Shown here: one piece after another, positions 25,860 through 36,453 of the stretch | Position numbering within the stretch: the first letter of the stretch is position 1 | How the letters are laid out: every line of letters begins with the position of its first letter | Origin: Candidatus Moraniibacteriota bacterium | Lineage (GTDB): Bacteria > Patescibacteriota > Minisyncoccia > Moranbacterales > GCA-2747515 | Assembly: GCA_038208115.1 (NCBI GenBank) | Contig: JBBQZC010000003.1 | Location: forward strand, 2,984-66,983 | DNA: 64,000 bases | Reading direction: 5' to 3' | Translations under genes and position numbers: made by a program | Notes under the pieces: generated by a model | The model's input: only the letters and a program-made list of their open reading frames with translations | Database searches by the model: none | Told to the model about the DNA's origin: nothing

Positions 25860-27992
25860 ATGAGTGAGATAAAACAATGGTCACTCGAGGTCGCAGGACG
25901 CACCCTCGTAATCGAAACAGGCAAGCTCGCAAAGCAAGCAAGTGGTGCTGTAACAGTCCGTTATGGCGACACACAAGTTTTAGCTACAGCAGTTATGAGC
26001 AAAGGGAAGAGTAATATCACTGGCTATTTCCCATTGATGGTGGACTATGAAGAGCGCTATTATGCTGCAGGGAAGATTAAAGGATCACGATTTATCAAAC
26101 GTGAAGGGCGACCAAGTGATGAAGCCGTCTTGGCAGGACGTGCTGTAGACCGTACAATTCGCCCACTTTTTGATATGCGCATGCGCAATGAAGTGCAAGT
26201 GGTCATTACTGTACAATCAATCGATGGTCAAAATGATCCTGACATTATATCAATTATTGCTGCATCAGCAGCGTTATCAATTTCTGATATCCCATGGAAT
26301 GGCCCAGTAGGTGCTATAAAAGTCGGCATGGTTGATGGCTTATTTGTCATCAATCCCACAGTTGAACAGAAAGCAACAAGTGTGACAAACCTTACACTTT
26401 CCGGCACAGCTGAAAAAATCAACATGATCGAAGCAAATGCGCAAGAGACACCTGAGGATGAGATAGTAAAAGCATTTACTGAGGGTCATAAGGAGGTCAC
26501 ACGTATTGCTGAGTTTATCACAGCCATCAAAAACGAAGTTGGTAAAGAAAAGAGAGAAGCAACACGACTCGTTGGCAGCGAAACATTTGAAAAATTAATT
26601 GCAGATACTCTTACCAAAAATGGTATTGAAGCAGCACTATATGGCACAAAAGCAGAAATTGAGGAAAATACGTCACGCGTTAAAGACACAACAAAAGAGG
26701 AATTACACGCAGATATTACAGACGAAAATTCTGTGAATTTCAATGACATTTTTTCTCTTGTATGTGATGAGGTCTGTGATGCAATTGTCCACAAGAACAT
26801 TATTACAAACAAAAAGAGACCAGATAGTCGTCTTCCGGAAGAAATTCGTCCGATCACATGTGAAGTAGGCATCTTGCCACGACCGCATGGCTCTGGATTA
26901 TTTACTCGCGGTGAGACACAAGCGCTTACTATTACAACATTAGGAGCACCTGGCGATCAACAAATAATAGACACAATGGAAGTGGATGAGAAAAAAAGCT
27001 ACATCCATCACTACAATTTTCCGCCATTTTCAGTCGGTGAGGTGCGGTTTATGCGAGGCCCAGGACGTCGTGAGATTGGACATGGTGCGCTTGCAGAAAA
27101 AGCTCTCATGCCAGTTCTTCCTCCTAAAGAAACATTTCCCTATACAATATTATTAGTTTCTGAAATTTTAGAATCAAATGGTTCATCATCCATGGCTGCA
27201 ACTTGTGGCTCAACACTATCATTGATGCACGCTGGCGTACCAATCATTCGACCAGTAAGCGGTATTGCGATGGGTATGATGACGGATTTTACGACTGGCG
27301 CATACACAGTCCTTTCTGACATTCAAGGAGCAGAGGATCACTACGGGGATATGGATCTAAAAGTTGCCGGCACAGAAAAAGGTATTACTGCAGTTCAGAT
27401 GGATGTAAAGATGTCCGGCATTGATACAGATATGTTCCGTGCAACTTTGATGCAAGCGCGTGAAGGACGCCTGCATATCCTTGGCAAAATGCTAGCTACG
27501 ATTCCACAGCCAAATGCAGATCTCTCACAATATGCACCTCGCATTATCGTTATGCAGATCAATCCAGAAAAGATTCGTGATGTGATAGGCTCTGGCGGTA
27601 AAATTATCAATGAAATTATCAGCAAAACTGGTGTAAGCATTGATATTGAGGACGATGGAAGTGTATTTATTACAGCAACTGAAGCGGCAGGCGGACTCGA
27701 AGCGCAAAAAATCATCAATGACCTCACACGAGAAGTCCAAGCAGGTGAAATCTTTGAGGGAACGGTGGTACGCATTATGGACTTTGGTGCATTTGTGGAA
27801 ATATTACCTGGAAAAGATGGCATGGTCCACATAAGTGAGCTCGCACATCATCGCGTGAATAAAGTGGATGACGTTGTGAAAATCGGTGACAAAGTCAATG
27901 TAAAAGTCAAAGAAATCGATGATAAGGGACGCATTAACCTATCCATGAAATCACTTCTTCCAAAAGAACCATCAGCACCGCAATCACTATAA
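25860..27992 (+). CDS. pnp: Polyribonucleotide nucleotidyltransferase
   Basis: Two RNase PH domains ([20 protein letters not shown]), KH and S1. Confidence 0.98.
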   Translation: MSEIKQWSLEVAGRTLVIETGKLAKQASGAVTVRYGDTQVLATAVMSKGKSNITGYFPLMVDYEERYYAAGKIKGSRFIKREGRPSDEAVLAGRAVDRTIRPLFDMRMRNEVQVVITVQSIDGQNDPDIISIIAASAALSISDIPWNGPVGAIKVGMVDGLFVINPTVEQKATSVTNLTLSGTAEKINMIEANAQETPEDEIVKAFTEGHKEVTRIAEFITAIKNEVGKEKREATRLVGSETFEKLIADTLTKNGIEAALYGTKAEIEENTSRVKDTTKEELHADITDENSVNFNDIFSLVCDEVCDAIVHKNIITNKKRPDSRLPEEIRPITCEVGILPRPHGSGLFTRGETQALTITTLGAPGDQQIIDTMEVDEKKSYIHHYNFPPFSVGEVRFMRGPGRREIGHGALAEKALMPVLPPKETFPYTILLVSEILESNGSSSMAATCGSTLSLMHAGVPIIRPVSGIAMGMMTDFTTGAYTVLSDIQGAEDHYGDMDLKVAGTEKGITAVQMDVKMSGIDTDMFRATLMQAREGRLHILGKMLATIPQPNADLSQYAPRIIVMQINPEKIRDVIGSGGKIINEIISKTGVSIDIEDDGSVFITATEAAGGLEAQKIINDLTREVQAGEIFEGTVVRIMDFGAFVEILPGKDGMVHISELAHHRVNKVDDVVKIGDKVNVKVKEIDDKGRINLSMKSLLPKEPSAPQSL

Positions 27993-28068
27993 TACTATTA
28001 TTTGAGTTTTGTGGTATAATAAAGGCATTACAAATTAGTAATGTCTTTGTTGCTTCTAAAAAAGGTTT

Positions 28069-29181
28069 ATGGATAATAAAATAAATACAAATGATCACAG
28101 CGATGCAAGTGTTTTTGACGTGCACACAATGAAAAAAGATAATGAACTCCGGCTCAAAAGCGCTGAGCAAGATCTATCATTTTCTGACAATGAAAAAAAC
28201 ACACAGACAAATAAGAATGATTTAGCAAATCCTTTTTTAACACAAAATGATCCTTTGACACCTCTGGCAGATACGACACCTGTATCAAAGTCTAATCGCA
28301 GCATTGAACGATTAAATCAGTCAACCAAGGACATCGCCACCAACGCAATTCAAATTCCACAAAAAACTTTTTCTGAACCTCCCAAGAAAAACAAATCACT
28401 TTTACTCATTATGATTGTATTTGTATCAGTATTTTTGGTGGGAATAATCATTTTTATTGGATACATCCTCACTAATAAAAAAAGTGACACACCCAACGTG
28501 AAAGAACCCACAAGCGATGTTTTGACAACAGACACGACTGCGACAGATACAAAATCACCAGATATGACAACCGACCAGACTTATGCATTGGATTTGCCTA
28601 ATTACATTTCATTTGATGTAGAGAGTCCGACAGCTAAAAATGAAATTAGAGATGAATTAAAAACAATAGTAAAAGCTGTAGCACAACAAGACCCACAGAA
28701 GCCTGTTTCATTTATCATTACGGACATTAATAATAATCCAGTTTCTTTTCACGTGTTTGCCCTATCATCTGGTATGAATGTATCACAAGAGATTTTATCT
28801 TCTCTTGAAGAGAATTTTGAATTATACGCATACAACGACCCTGCAAATGGTGTTCGATTCGGTCTTGTCATTGATGCAAAAAACATCACATCTCTCCAAG
28901 AAGCACTGAAAAAAAATGAGCTGAGTTTGACAGATAGCTTATCACTGTTTTTAAATGAAGTACTGATCGACAAAAAGAATCTCCTTTTTAAAGATAGTGC
29001 GTATAATACACACCCTATTCGATATGTGAATCTCGATCCACTTGAATCCTATTCCATTGATTATACAATTCACGAGCAAAAGCTTATTTTAGGAACGACT
29101 AAGAATACTCTTCGAGCCATTATTGATTCAATGAAGACAATTGCGCCTTCAAAAACAAGTACTGACGGCTTTTCTTACTAA
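28069..29181 (+). CDS. Single-TM hypothetical membrane protein
   Basis: Disordered N-terminus, one TM, extracytoplasmic domain. Confidence 0.82.
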   Translation: MDNKINTNDHSDASVFDVHTMKKDNELRLKSAEQDLSFSDNEKNTQTNKNDLANPFLTQNDPLTPLADTTPVSKSNRSIERLNQSTKDIATNAIQIPQKTFSEPPKKNKSLLLIMIVFVSVFLVGIIIFIGYILTNKKSDTPNVKEPTSDVLTTDTTATDTKSPDMTTDQTYALDLPNYISFDVESPTAKNEIRDELKTIVKAVAQQDPQKPVSFIITDINNNPVSFHVFALSSGMNVSQEILSSLEENFELYAYNDPANGVRFGLVIDAKNITSLQEALKKNELSLTDSLSLFLNEVLIDKKNLLFKDSAYNTHPIRYVNLDPLESYSIDYTIHEQKLILGTTKNTLRAIIDSMKTIAPSKTSTDGFSY

Positions 29182-29432
29182 TTGTGATATTTAAAACTCA
29201 TCTATTATAATACATAGTCGATGAGTTTTATTTTTGCATATTGATAAAATTTTGTATGATTATGAGATAAGCTATATGTATAACATGTGCATTTGTGTAT
29301 AAGTAGTGGATAAATTAAAGAAATAAATAAAGAGATTTACTTTCCAAAATGGATTACAATACAAATACAATAATATTATGCGCAAGTATATTCAAATAAC
29401 CTTTTATTAAAGAGGGAATTCGATTCGTAGCT

Positions 29433-30042
29433 TTGACCATCATCAAAAAACATGCTATAATTACTTTGTAATCAAGAGCGAAACAGTTATACACAGAACA
29501 CACAAGTTAATTAAAAATTGAATATGACGGAGGAAGAATTTCCAATCACAATTTCCCCCTATTTGTGGTTGGAATCCTTCCCCTGTCCTACTGCATTAAT
29601 ATAATTATTGATGCACGCGGAGCATTTCAAACTTCCCACGCTTCGCATAATAAAATACAAAAATAAAAATAATTATTTTCGATTTATCGGAGATAATGTC
29701 CATAAAAAAAATAAAAAAATAAAATGGATCAGTTCTTTTAAACAAATAAGGGGAAATCCGTAGGATGGTGGAGGAACGACAATAGAAATAGGGAATATTG
29801 TCATCAGCTAGTATGTACAGAAAATACATGTACTCACGTAGGTCTATCGTATACATTCACCCGGTACGAAAAAACTTCAAGTTACATGTTCGTGCATGCG
29901 AACTATACCGGGCACCATGCCCATATATTTATTATTTCGGGCGACTTGGTGCCCGGTGAATCTATTTTAAGACACTTTTTGAGGAAAGTGAGATTCATCG
30001 GAAAATGTCTGACAAAAAACGCTTCATAAAAGCGTTTTTTGT
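29433..30042 (+). ncRNA. Candidate ~570-nt structured ncRNA with own promoter and terminator
   Basis: TTGACC-17-TATAAT at 29433-29461, long hairpins, no + strand ORF of 60 aa or more, terminator at 30012-30042. Confidence 0.55.
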
Positions 30043-30104
30043 TTTAGTGTTTGCTATTTAGATAAATGATGATAAAGTGAAATATCCATCTTTATATAAA
30101 TATA

Positions 30105-30512
30105 ATGATAAACATATTTAGTTTTGCTACCAATCAATTGTCTAAACCAATTGGTGAGATTGGGGAAGATGCGGCCACACTGTTCCTCAAGAAAAAAGGC
30201 TTTAAAATTCGTCATCGAAACTGGTACAATCCTCGGGGAAAGCGCCTAGGTGAAATTGACATTATAGCAGAGGATAAAAATGGTCACATAATATTTGTAG
30301 AAGTCAAAACACGCGTTATCACAGATGATAGTATAACACTGCCTGAAGAGCAGATTACTCTCCACAAATTATCCAGGATGCGACGTGTATCTGAATCATA
30401 CATTGCGCACTTCGATCTTTGGAATCATTCGTGTCAGTATGATGCATTAGCTATTCAGATGAAAAATAAATCAATTTATGATATAAAACATATCGAGAAT
30501 ATGTTTATCTAG
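30105..30512 (+). CDS. yraN: YraN family endonuclease-like protein
   Basis: GEDAA..L..KGF.I..RNW, GEIDII, FVEVKTR. Confidence 0.92.
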   Translation: MINIFSFATNQLSKPIGEIGEDAATLFLKKKGFKIRHRNWYNPRGKRLGEIDIIAEDKNGHIIFVEVKTRVITDDSITLPEEQITLHKLSRMRRVSESYIAHFDLWNHSCQYDALAIQMKNKSIYDIKHIENMFI

Positions 30513-30567
30513 ACTTTTTCATGAGATTTGATACACTAGATATACAATAAGTAAATACAATAACCCT

Positions 30568-30921
30568 ATGACAATGGAACAATCATTATTGACCGAATTA
30601 AAAAACGCTCTCATTGCAGAAAAAAATCAACTCGAGGGAGAATTGCAACACATCGCAAAAAAATCAGGCACGCAAGGAGACTATGAAACAACTTTTCCTG
30701 AGAATCTCGGAGGTCATGATGAGGAAAATGCTACAGAAGTCGAGCAATATGCAGATAACCTCGCCGTCGAAGCATCATTGGAAACACAGCTGAAAGACGT
30801 TTTGGATGCATTGCAAAAAATGGATGCTGGTACATACGGCATTGATGAAAACACGGGAGATGCAATCACTATTGATCGTCTCAAAGCATATCCAGCCGCA
30901 CGAGCGAACATAATCAAATAG
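30568..30921 (+). CDS. TraR/DksA family protein lacking zinc-finger cysteines
   Basis: Coiled coil plus ALQKMDAGTYGIDENTG..I...RLKAYP. Confidence 0.85.
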   Translation: MTMEQSLLTELKNALIAEKNQLEGELQHIAKKSGTQGDYETTFPENLGGHDEENATEVEQYADNLAVEASLETQLKDVLDALQKMDAGTYGIDENTGDAITIDRLKAYPAARANIIK

Positions 30922-30923
30922 AA

Positions 30924-31361
30924 ATGTTTTTTTCTCTCAGTAAAAAATCTCGTGCAATAGCGTATGAGATTTTTACTATTTTAGGACTGATTCTTATTGA
31001 TCAAATCGCAAAATACATTATAATTAATCATTCACATATTTTTTATGTATGCAATGAAGGAATTGCACTTAGCATCAAACTGCCAAGCATATTATTTGTT
31101 TTTTTGTGGATTAGCATAATTACTGCACTTTTATATTTGCGCACACGATTACATCACATATCAGTAACGGAGTATTATGGATTTACATTAATATTTGCAG
31201 GAGCTTTAAGCAATTGCATTGATAGATTTAATTACACTTGTGTGGTTGACTATATTCCTTTTTTTAATATCTCATTCTTCAATGTTGCAGATGCATACAT
31301 CACATGTGGTGCTTTTTTACTTCTTTATATGAATTATTATGTACACGATAATTCTGATTGA
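30924..31361 (+). CDS. lspA: Lipoprotein signal peptidase II
   Basis: DQIAK, NEGIA, GALSNCIDR, VVDYI, FNVAD. Confidence 0.92.
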   Translation: MFFSLSKKSRAIAYEIFTILGLILIDQIAKYIIINHSHIFYVCNEGIALSIKLPSILFVFLWISIITALLYLRTRLHHISVTEYYGFTLIFAGALSNCIDRFNYTCVVDYIPFFNISFFNVADAYITCGAFLLLYMNYYVHDNSD

Positions 31362-31418
31362 CTTTTGTCTCATCTCGCATTATGATGAAATATCCCATAA
31401 TACTTAGTCTAATCATAC

Positions 31419-32939
31419 ATGTCATCAAAAATTTTATCTGCTGCAACAATAGGACTTTCAGGTGCGACTGTCGAGATAGAGGTTGACGTATTGAGTAGTG
31501 GACTACATAATTTTACACTCGTTGGACTACCTGATACCGCAGTCAAAGAATCTCGCGACCGCGTATCAAGTGCTATAAAAAATAGCGGTTTTAAACCAGC
31601 ACATCAATGTGGCCGAATCACTGTTAATTTGGCTCCAGCAGATTTACAAAAATCCAGTCCAATTTATGATGTGCCAATCGCACTCGGATTACTGATTGCT
31701 ACGGGTCAATTAAAGTGCCCTATGACGGATAAATTATTTATTGGAGAGCTCGCATTGGATGGAGGCGTACGAAGCATCAACGGCGTATTACCGATCACGC
31801 TCTATGCAAAAGAAATAGGCATCAAAGAAATTTATATTCCTTCACAAAATATATCTGAAGCTATCATAGTGGATGACATCGACATCATCCCGATATCACA
31901 TCTTCGTGATCTCGTTTTGCATTTAAATGGAAATGTACTGATCGAAAAAGAGTCTTCTCATGCTTCACCTGCATCTGAAATAATTTTTGATCAATCACTT
32001 GATTTTAAACATATCAAAGGGCACGAGCATGCAAAACGCGCACTTGAGATCGCAGCTGCAGGTGGTCACAATGTCATATTTCATGGGCCGCCAGGATCTG
32101 GCAAAACACTATTGGCAAAAACATTCATATCCATACTGCCAAAACTTACCAAACAAGAGATCCTGGACATTACAAAAATCTATTCGATTGCAGGACATCT
32201 TTCTCGAGACAAGCAGCTTATTACGACACGACAATTCCGATCGCCACATCACAGCGCTTCAGCTGTGTCATTAATCGGCGGAGGATCAAATCCTAAGCCA
32301 GGTGAGATAACACTTGCACATCGTGGCGTTCTATTTCTTGATGAATTTGCAGAGTTTCCACGCTCAGTATTGGAAAATCTTCGCCAACCACTGGAAGATG
32401 GTCTCGTTACCATTGCGCGAGCTAAAAATTCACTTACTTTTCCTGCAAATTTCATTTTAATTGCTGCAATGAATCCCTGTCCATGTGGATTTTCTACAGA
32501 TGCAACGCGAGAATGCACATGCACACCACAGCAAGTTGTACGTTATACGCAAAAGATTTCTGGCCCAATCTTGGATCGTATTGATATGCACATCGACGTT
32601 CCACGCGTTCACATCAATAAGCTCGACCAAGAATCAGATGGGGAATGCAGTATAAATATCAGAGATCGTGTTGAAAATGCAAGACAAATTCAGTATGTGC
32701 GTTATGCAAAATCCGGAAAAATCAACGCGGAAATGAATCAACGTGATATAAAAACGTATTGTCCACTTGATGATCGCTCCAAAAAAATATTACATGACGC
32801 TGCCGAAAAACTAGATTTGAGTGCGCGATCGTATTATCGTATGATTAAATTAGCACGAACAATCGCTGATTTAGAAAGCGCAGAACATATTACAGCTCAA
32901 CATATTGCGGAGGCACTACAATATCGACCAAAAAAATAG
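31419..32939 (+). CDS. comM: YifB/ComM Mg-chelatase-like AAA+ ATPase
   Basis: VGLPDTAVKESRDR, GPPGSGKT, FRSPHH, LAHRGVLFLDE, MNPCPCG. Confidence 0.95.
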   Translation: MSSKILSAATIGLSGATVEIEVDVLSSGLHNFTLVGLPDTAVKESRDRVSSAIKNSGFKPAHQCGRITVNLAPADLQKSSPIYDVPIALGLLIATGQLKCPMTDKLFIGELALDGGVRSINGVLPITLYAKEIGIKEIYIPSQNISEAIIVDDIDIIPISHLRDLVLHLNGNVLIEKESSHASPASEIIFDQSLDFKHIKGHEHAKRALEIAAAGGHNVIFHGPPGSGKTLLAKTFISILPKLTKQEILDITKIYSIAGHLSRDKQLITTRQFRSPHHSASAVSLIGGGSNPKPGEITLAHRGVLFLDEFAEFPRSVLENLRQPLEDGLVTIARAKNSLTFPANFILIAAMNPCPCGFSTDATRECTCTPQQVVRYTQKISGPILDRIDMHIDVPRVHINKLDQESDGECSINIRDRVENARQIQYVRYAKSGKINAEMNQRDIKTYCPLDDRSKKILHDAAEKLDLSARSYYRMIKLARTIADLESAEHITAQHIAEALQYRPKK

Positions 32940-32943
32940 AAAT

Positions 32944-33912
32944 ATGCATAAAAGAGTTCGAAGAAAAAAAATAAATAGAACAATTTTTTATTTGTGTTTA
33001 ATGAGCATATTTACTATTATATTTATTGTTTTATATAAAAGTGACCATGTTTTTATAGCATCAAATCATATCGATCACTTATCTGTAGTCGATGATGGTA
33101 TTGTAAGAAATTTTTATAATATTCAAGAATCAACTGTAAATGATTTTTTATTGTATTATGATTCAACAATATCTGAAAATGATTTTGTATTTCCGTCTCG
33201 AAATATACATTTGTTTAGTGATGATATGCTGACAATCGAGAGAACAAAGTCAGTCAGCATTTCTGCTGACGATACAATAAAAGAAATTACCACATATCGC
33301 AATACTATTGAGGATACGTTACGCCAAAATAACATTTTTCTCGATGCAAATGACATTGTCAAACCTCTCAAGCAAAGCATTATAACAGATAATATCTCAA
33401 TAGATATCATCAGAGTTATCTTCAAGGAGGAAATAACCACAAAAAAAATTCCTTTTAAATTAATAGAAAAAACTGATGATGAAATGAATTTCTTAAAAAA
33501 AATTACTGAGCAAAAAGGAGAGAATGGTGTAAAGGAAATAATATATAAAGTCGCCTACCACAACAACACGGAGGTTAATCGTGTCATCTCGCAAGAACAC
33601 ATCTCTAAAGAGCCTGTCGATGAAACCATCGTTCAAGGCACAAAAGTAGTTGTAGGCAAAAAACACACAGGAGCATGCTCGTGGTATGCGCATACAGGCA
33701 CTCTCAGTGCAGCAAATCCCTGGATGCCGATAGGCTCCTATGCACGTGTAACAAATCAAGAAAATGGCAAATCAGTAATTGTTCGAATTAATGATAGGGG
33801 ACCATTTGTTCCTGGTCGCATCATCGATCTCGATAAAATTGCTTTTGAAAAAATTGCGTCACTTGAAGCTGGGGTAATCAATGTTAAAATGGAAGAAATC
33901 ATTAACGACTAA
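32944..33912 (+). CDS. DUF348/G5 plus RlpA-like DPBB cell-wall protein
   Basis: G5 motif QKGENG...QGTK; C-terminal VRINDRGPF..GRIIDL; position before rsmA resembles yabE. Confidence 0.88.
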   Translation: MHKRVRRKKINRTIFYLCLMSIFTIIFIVLYKSDHVFIASNHIDHLSVVDDGIVRNFYNIQESTVNDFLLYYDSTISENDFVFPSRNIHLFSDDMLTIERTKSVSISADDTIKEITTYRNTIEDTLRQNNIFLDANDIVKPLKQSIITDNISIDIIRVIFKEEITTKKIPFKLIEKTDDEMNFLKKITEQKGENGVKEIIYKVAYHNNTEVNRVISQEHISKEPVDETIVQGTKVVVGKKHTGACSWYAHTGTLSAANPWMPIGSYARVTNQENGKSVIVRINDRGPFVPGRIIDLDKIAFEKIASLEAGVINVKMEEIIND

Positions 33913-33915
33913 AAT

Positions 33916-34722
33916 ATGGAAAAATTTACTCATAAAAAATCACTTGGACAAAACTTTCTGAAAAATGATACAATCATCAAAAAAATCATCGACATTGCAA
34001 ATATAACATCTGATGATGTCATCCTTGAAATCGGTCCCGGAGAAGGTGTGCTCACACAGGATCTCGCAAAGCATGCAAAACGAGTTATCTCCATTGAGCT
34101 TGATGATAGGCTCATCCCGATTTTACAAGATCGCTTTCACTCACATAAAAATGTTGAAATCATACATGGTGATATTTTACATATGGATGTCAATACTATT
34201 ATTGCAAATCACAAATTATCCACGATCAACTACAAGATTGTTGCAAATATCCCATATTACATCACTGCACCAATTATTAGATTGTTTCTAGAATGCGATA
34301 ATAGACCACAAGAACTAGTCCTCATGGTACAAAAGGAAGTAGCTGAACGTCTGAGCGCAAAAAAAGGTCACATGAGTGTCTTGGGCATATGCGTGCAATA
34401 CTATGCTGATGTATCGTATGAATTTACCGTGCCTCGGATAGAGTTTGACCCTGTGCCAAAAGTCGATAGCGCTATCATCAAACTCAAAATTAACAATAAA
34501 AACATTCAAAATGAAAACGAGAGAAATCAATTTTTTCGTACCGTAAAAATCGGTTTTAGTGCAAAACGTAAAACACTTAGTAATAACATATCAAACGGTT
34601 TTCATAAAACCAAAGACTTTGTTGAATTATTACTTATACAGAATGGTTTTACGAAAAATGTTCGTGCACAAGAACTTGGCGTTGATGACTGGAAAAACAT
34701 TGCTAGAGATCTACATAAATAA
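33916..34722 (+). CDS. rsmA: 16S rRNA m6,2A dimethyltransferase
   Basis: KKSLGQNFL, EIGPGEG, ANIPYYIT, QKEVAERL, PVPKVDSA. Confidence 0.97.
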   Translation: MEKFTHKKSLGQNFLKNDTIIKKIIDIANITSDDVILEIGPGEGVLTQDLAKHAKRVISIELDDRLIPILQDRFHSHKNVEIIHGDILHMDVNTIIANHKLSTINYKIVANIPYYITAPIIRLFLECDNRPQELVLMVQKEVAERLSAKKGHMSVLGICVQYYADVSYEFTVPRIEFDPVPKVDSAIIKLKINNKNIQNENERNQFFRTVKIGFSAKRKTLSNNISNGFHKTKDFVELLLIQNGFTKNVRAQELGVDDWKNIARDLHK

Positions 34723-36390
34723 AGAATTTGCTAATATACACGCATACAAAGCTACAACCACAAAAACAACGCGCAACGTACTATGTGCATCAAAAATAAA
34801 TTTCTTACCTGTGCTACCCACAAGTGCCCAGAAACACAAAATGCCTGAAAATAAAGCAGGAATCAACAATGCTCTGTTATTCAACGCATAAATGCTAATC
34901 ATAAATGATATAAAAATATTTATCGCAATAATGAGTCGCCCAACACGTTCGCCGCACAAAACAGGAATAGTATAGATTTTATTCTCTTTATCACCCTTAA
35001 TATCTTTGAGATCTTTAATTGGTAGCGATATAGTGTAGACAATGATAAGAAGCGCTGCAATTGCTATTGGAAATCCATGGATGGAATGATCAGGGCTGTA
35101 AACGATGTATCCGGCAAGAACAATATGAAATGATGCTATAGCAGCCACAAATGTTGCAATAACAGGATACTTTTTTAATCGAAATGGCGGCGTATTATAA
35201 AGATATGACCAGCCATGATATGCAATAATGGCAATTGTAGCGTAAAAAGAAACAGCTGTTGTAATAATTATTGAATAAAATGTCAGTGCTATACCAATAT
35301 TTCTATATGAAACAACATCTATAATACCAGTAATAAGAGGTCTGGTCGTATTACTAATTTTATCAATGTCTTGATCTACAATATCATTAAAAATAACAGT
35401 ACTATACCATGCACACACGAGTGCTATACACAATATTACAAATGCATTAATCGAAAAGAAAGAAACATGAAATACCGCGTCAGCAAAAAGCACAGATAAT
35501 CCCATGCCTATTATCAGCAACCCAAAATGATAGATCGTTTGAATAGGACGAACATTTTTACATAATTCAAAAAATAGTTTTCTTTTGACAAAAAACGTAA
35601 TCATCATTATGAGAGCAGAAAAAAGTGTAATATAAATTTGAGACATTTTAATGTTGATCGCATTGATAGGATTTTCGATATGATTATTAAGGATTACTGT
35701 TGGTGAAGCAATAAATCCCGCAACAGTAGCTCCCACAGCATGAAAATGTACATCTGAAAAAATAAAAGTGATAAATGAAGGAAATGCACTAAGTAAAAAG
35801 AAGCTTGTATAAGAAAGCCAAATCATTAAGACAGTTCTCCAAATTGAGCTGGTATTGAGATACGTCAAAAATAACATTACGCCCAATACACATCCAATCA
35901 TGATTCGCGTACCATATGTTATGCCATTTCTCGGCATATCACCAAAATAAGTCAGATAACTTTGCCAAAGACCAGAATATCCATCAAAAAGATAGTAACT
36001 CAAAAAATCATTATCGCCGAAAAAATAGTGAATAATAATGCGATCAAAAATTGGTGGAAAAATGATTAATATAAAACCGAATAGAAAAAGAATCAAACTA
36101 CTTCTCAAATCTATCTGCGCAATCCACGTTGTCAAAAAAACACAAAGAAAATAAAGGATTGAAAAAAAGAAAAAGGTGTGTATGAACTCATAAAAATAGA
36201 ATGCAAAGTCATGTGGAGCAAATGCTGTCATCCACGCTTCTATTCCTATGCGCGTAATAATAATTATAATAAACGTTATTATGCCTGTATGGAGAGGTAT
36301 GTGAATATGAGCTAGTTTAGTATCAATTGCATTTTTCATACATTTATGATGGTGTATACCTAATAAACGACTTTTAACTTCTCCAATCAT
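34711..36390 (-). CDS. UbiA-family prenyltransferase with extra N-terminal membrane domain
   Basis: NDIVDQDIDKISN..RPL and KDLKDIKGD Asp-rich motifs; many TMs. Confidence 0.85.
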   Translation of the reverse strand: MIGEVKSRLLGIHHHKCMKNAIDTKLAHIHIPLHTGIITFIIIIITRIGIEAWMTAFAPHDFAFYFYEFIHTFFFFSILYFLCVFLTTWIAQIDLRSSLILFLFGFILIIFPPIFDRIIIHYFFGDNDFLSYYLFDGYSGLWQSYLTYFGDMPRNGITYGTRIMIGCVLGVMLFLTYLNTSSIWRTVLMIWLSYTSFFLLSAFPSFITFIFSDVHFHAVGATVAGFIASPTVILNNHIENPINAINIKMSQIYITLFSALIMMITFFVKRKLFFELCKNVRPIQTIYHFGLLIIGMGLSVLFADAVFHVSFFSINAFVILCIALVCAWYSTVIFNDIVDQDIDKISNTTRPLITGIIDVVSYRNIGIALTFYSIIITTAVSFYATIAIIAYHGWSYLYNTPPFRLKKYPVIATFVAAIASFHIVLAGYIVYSPDHSIHGFPIAIAALLIIVYTISLPIKDLKDIKGDKENKIYTIPVLCGERVGRLIIAINIFISFMISIYALNNRALLIPALFSGILCFWALVGSTGKKFIFDAHSTLRVVFVVVALYACILANSLFM

Positions 36391-36453
36391 ACCATATATA
36401 AGTAAAATGAATAATCTGTCCCGTGCGAAGCGTCTATGCTACAATAAATTAAT

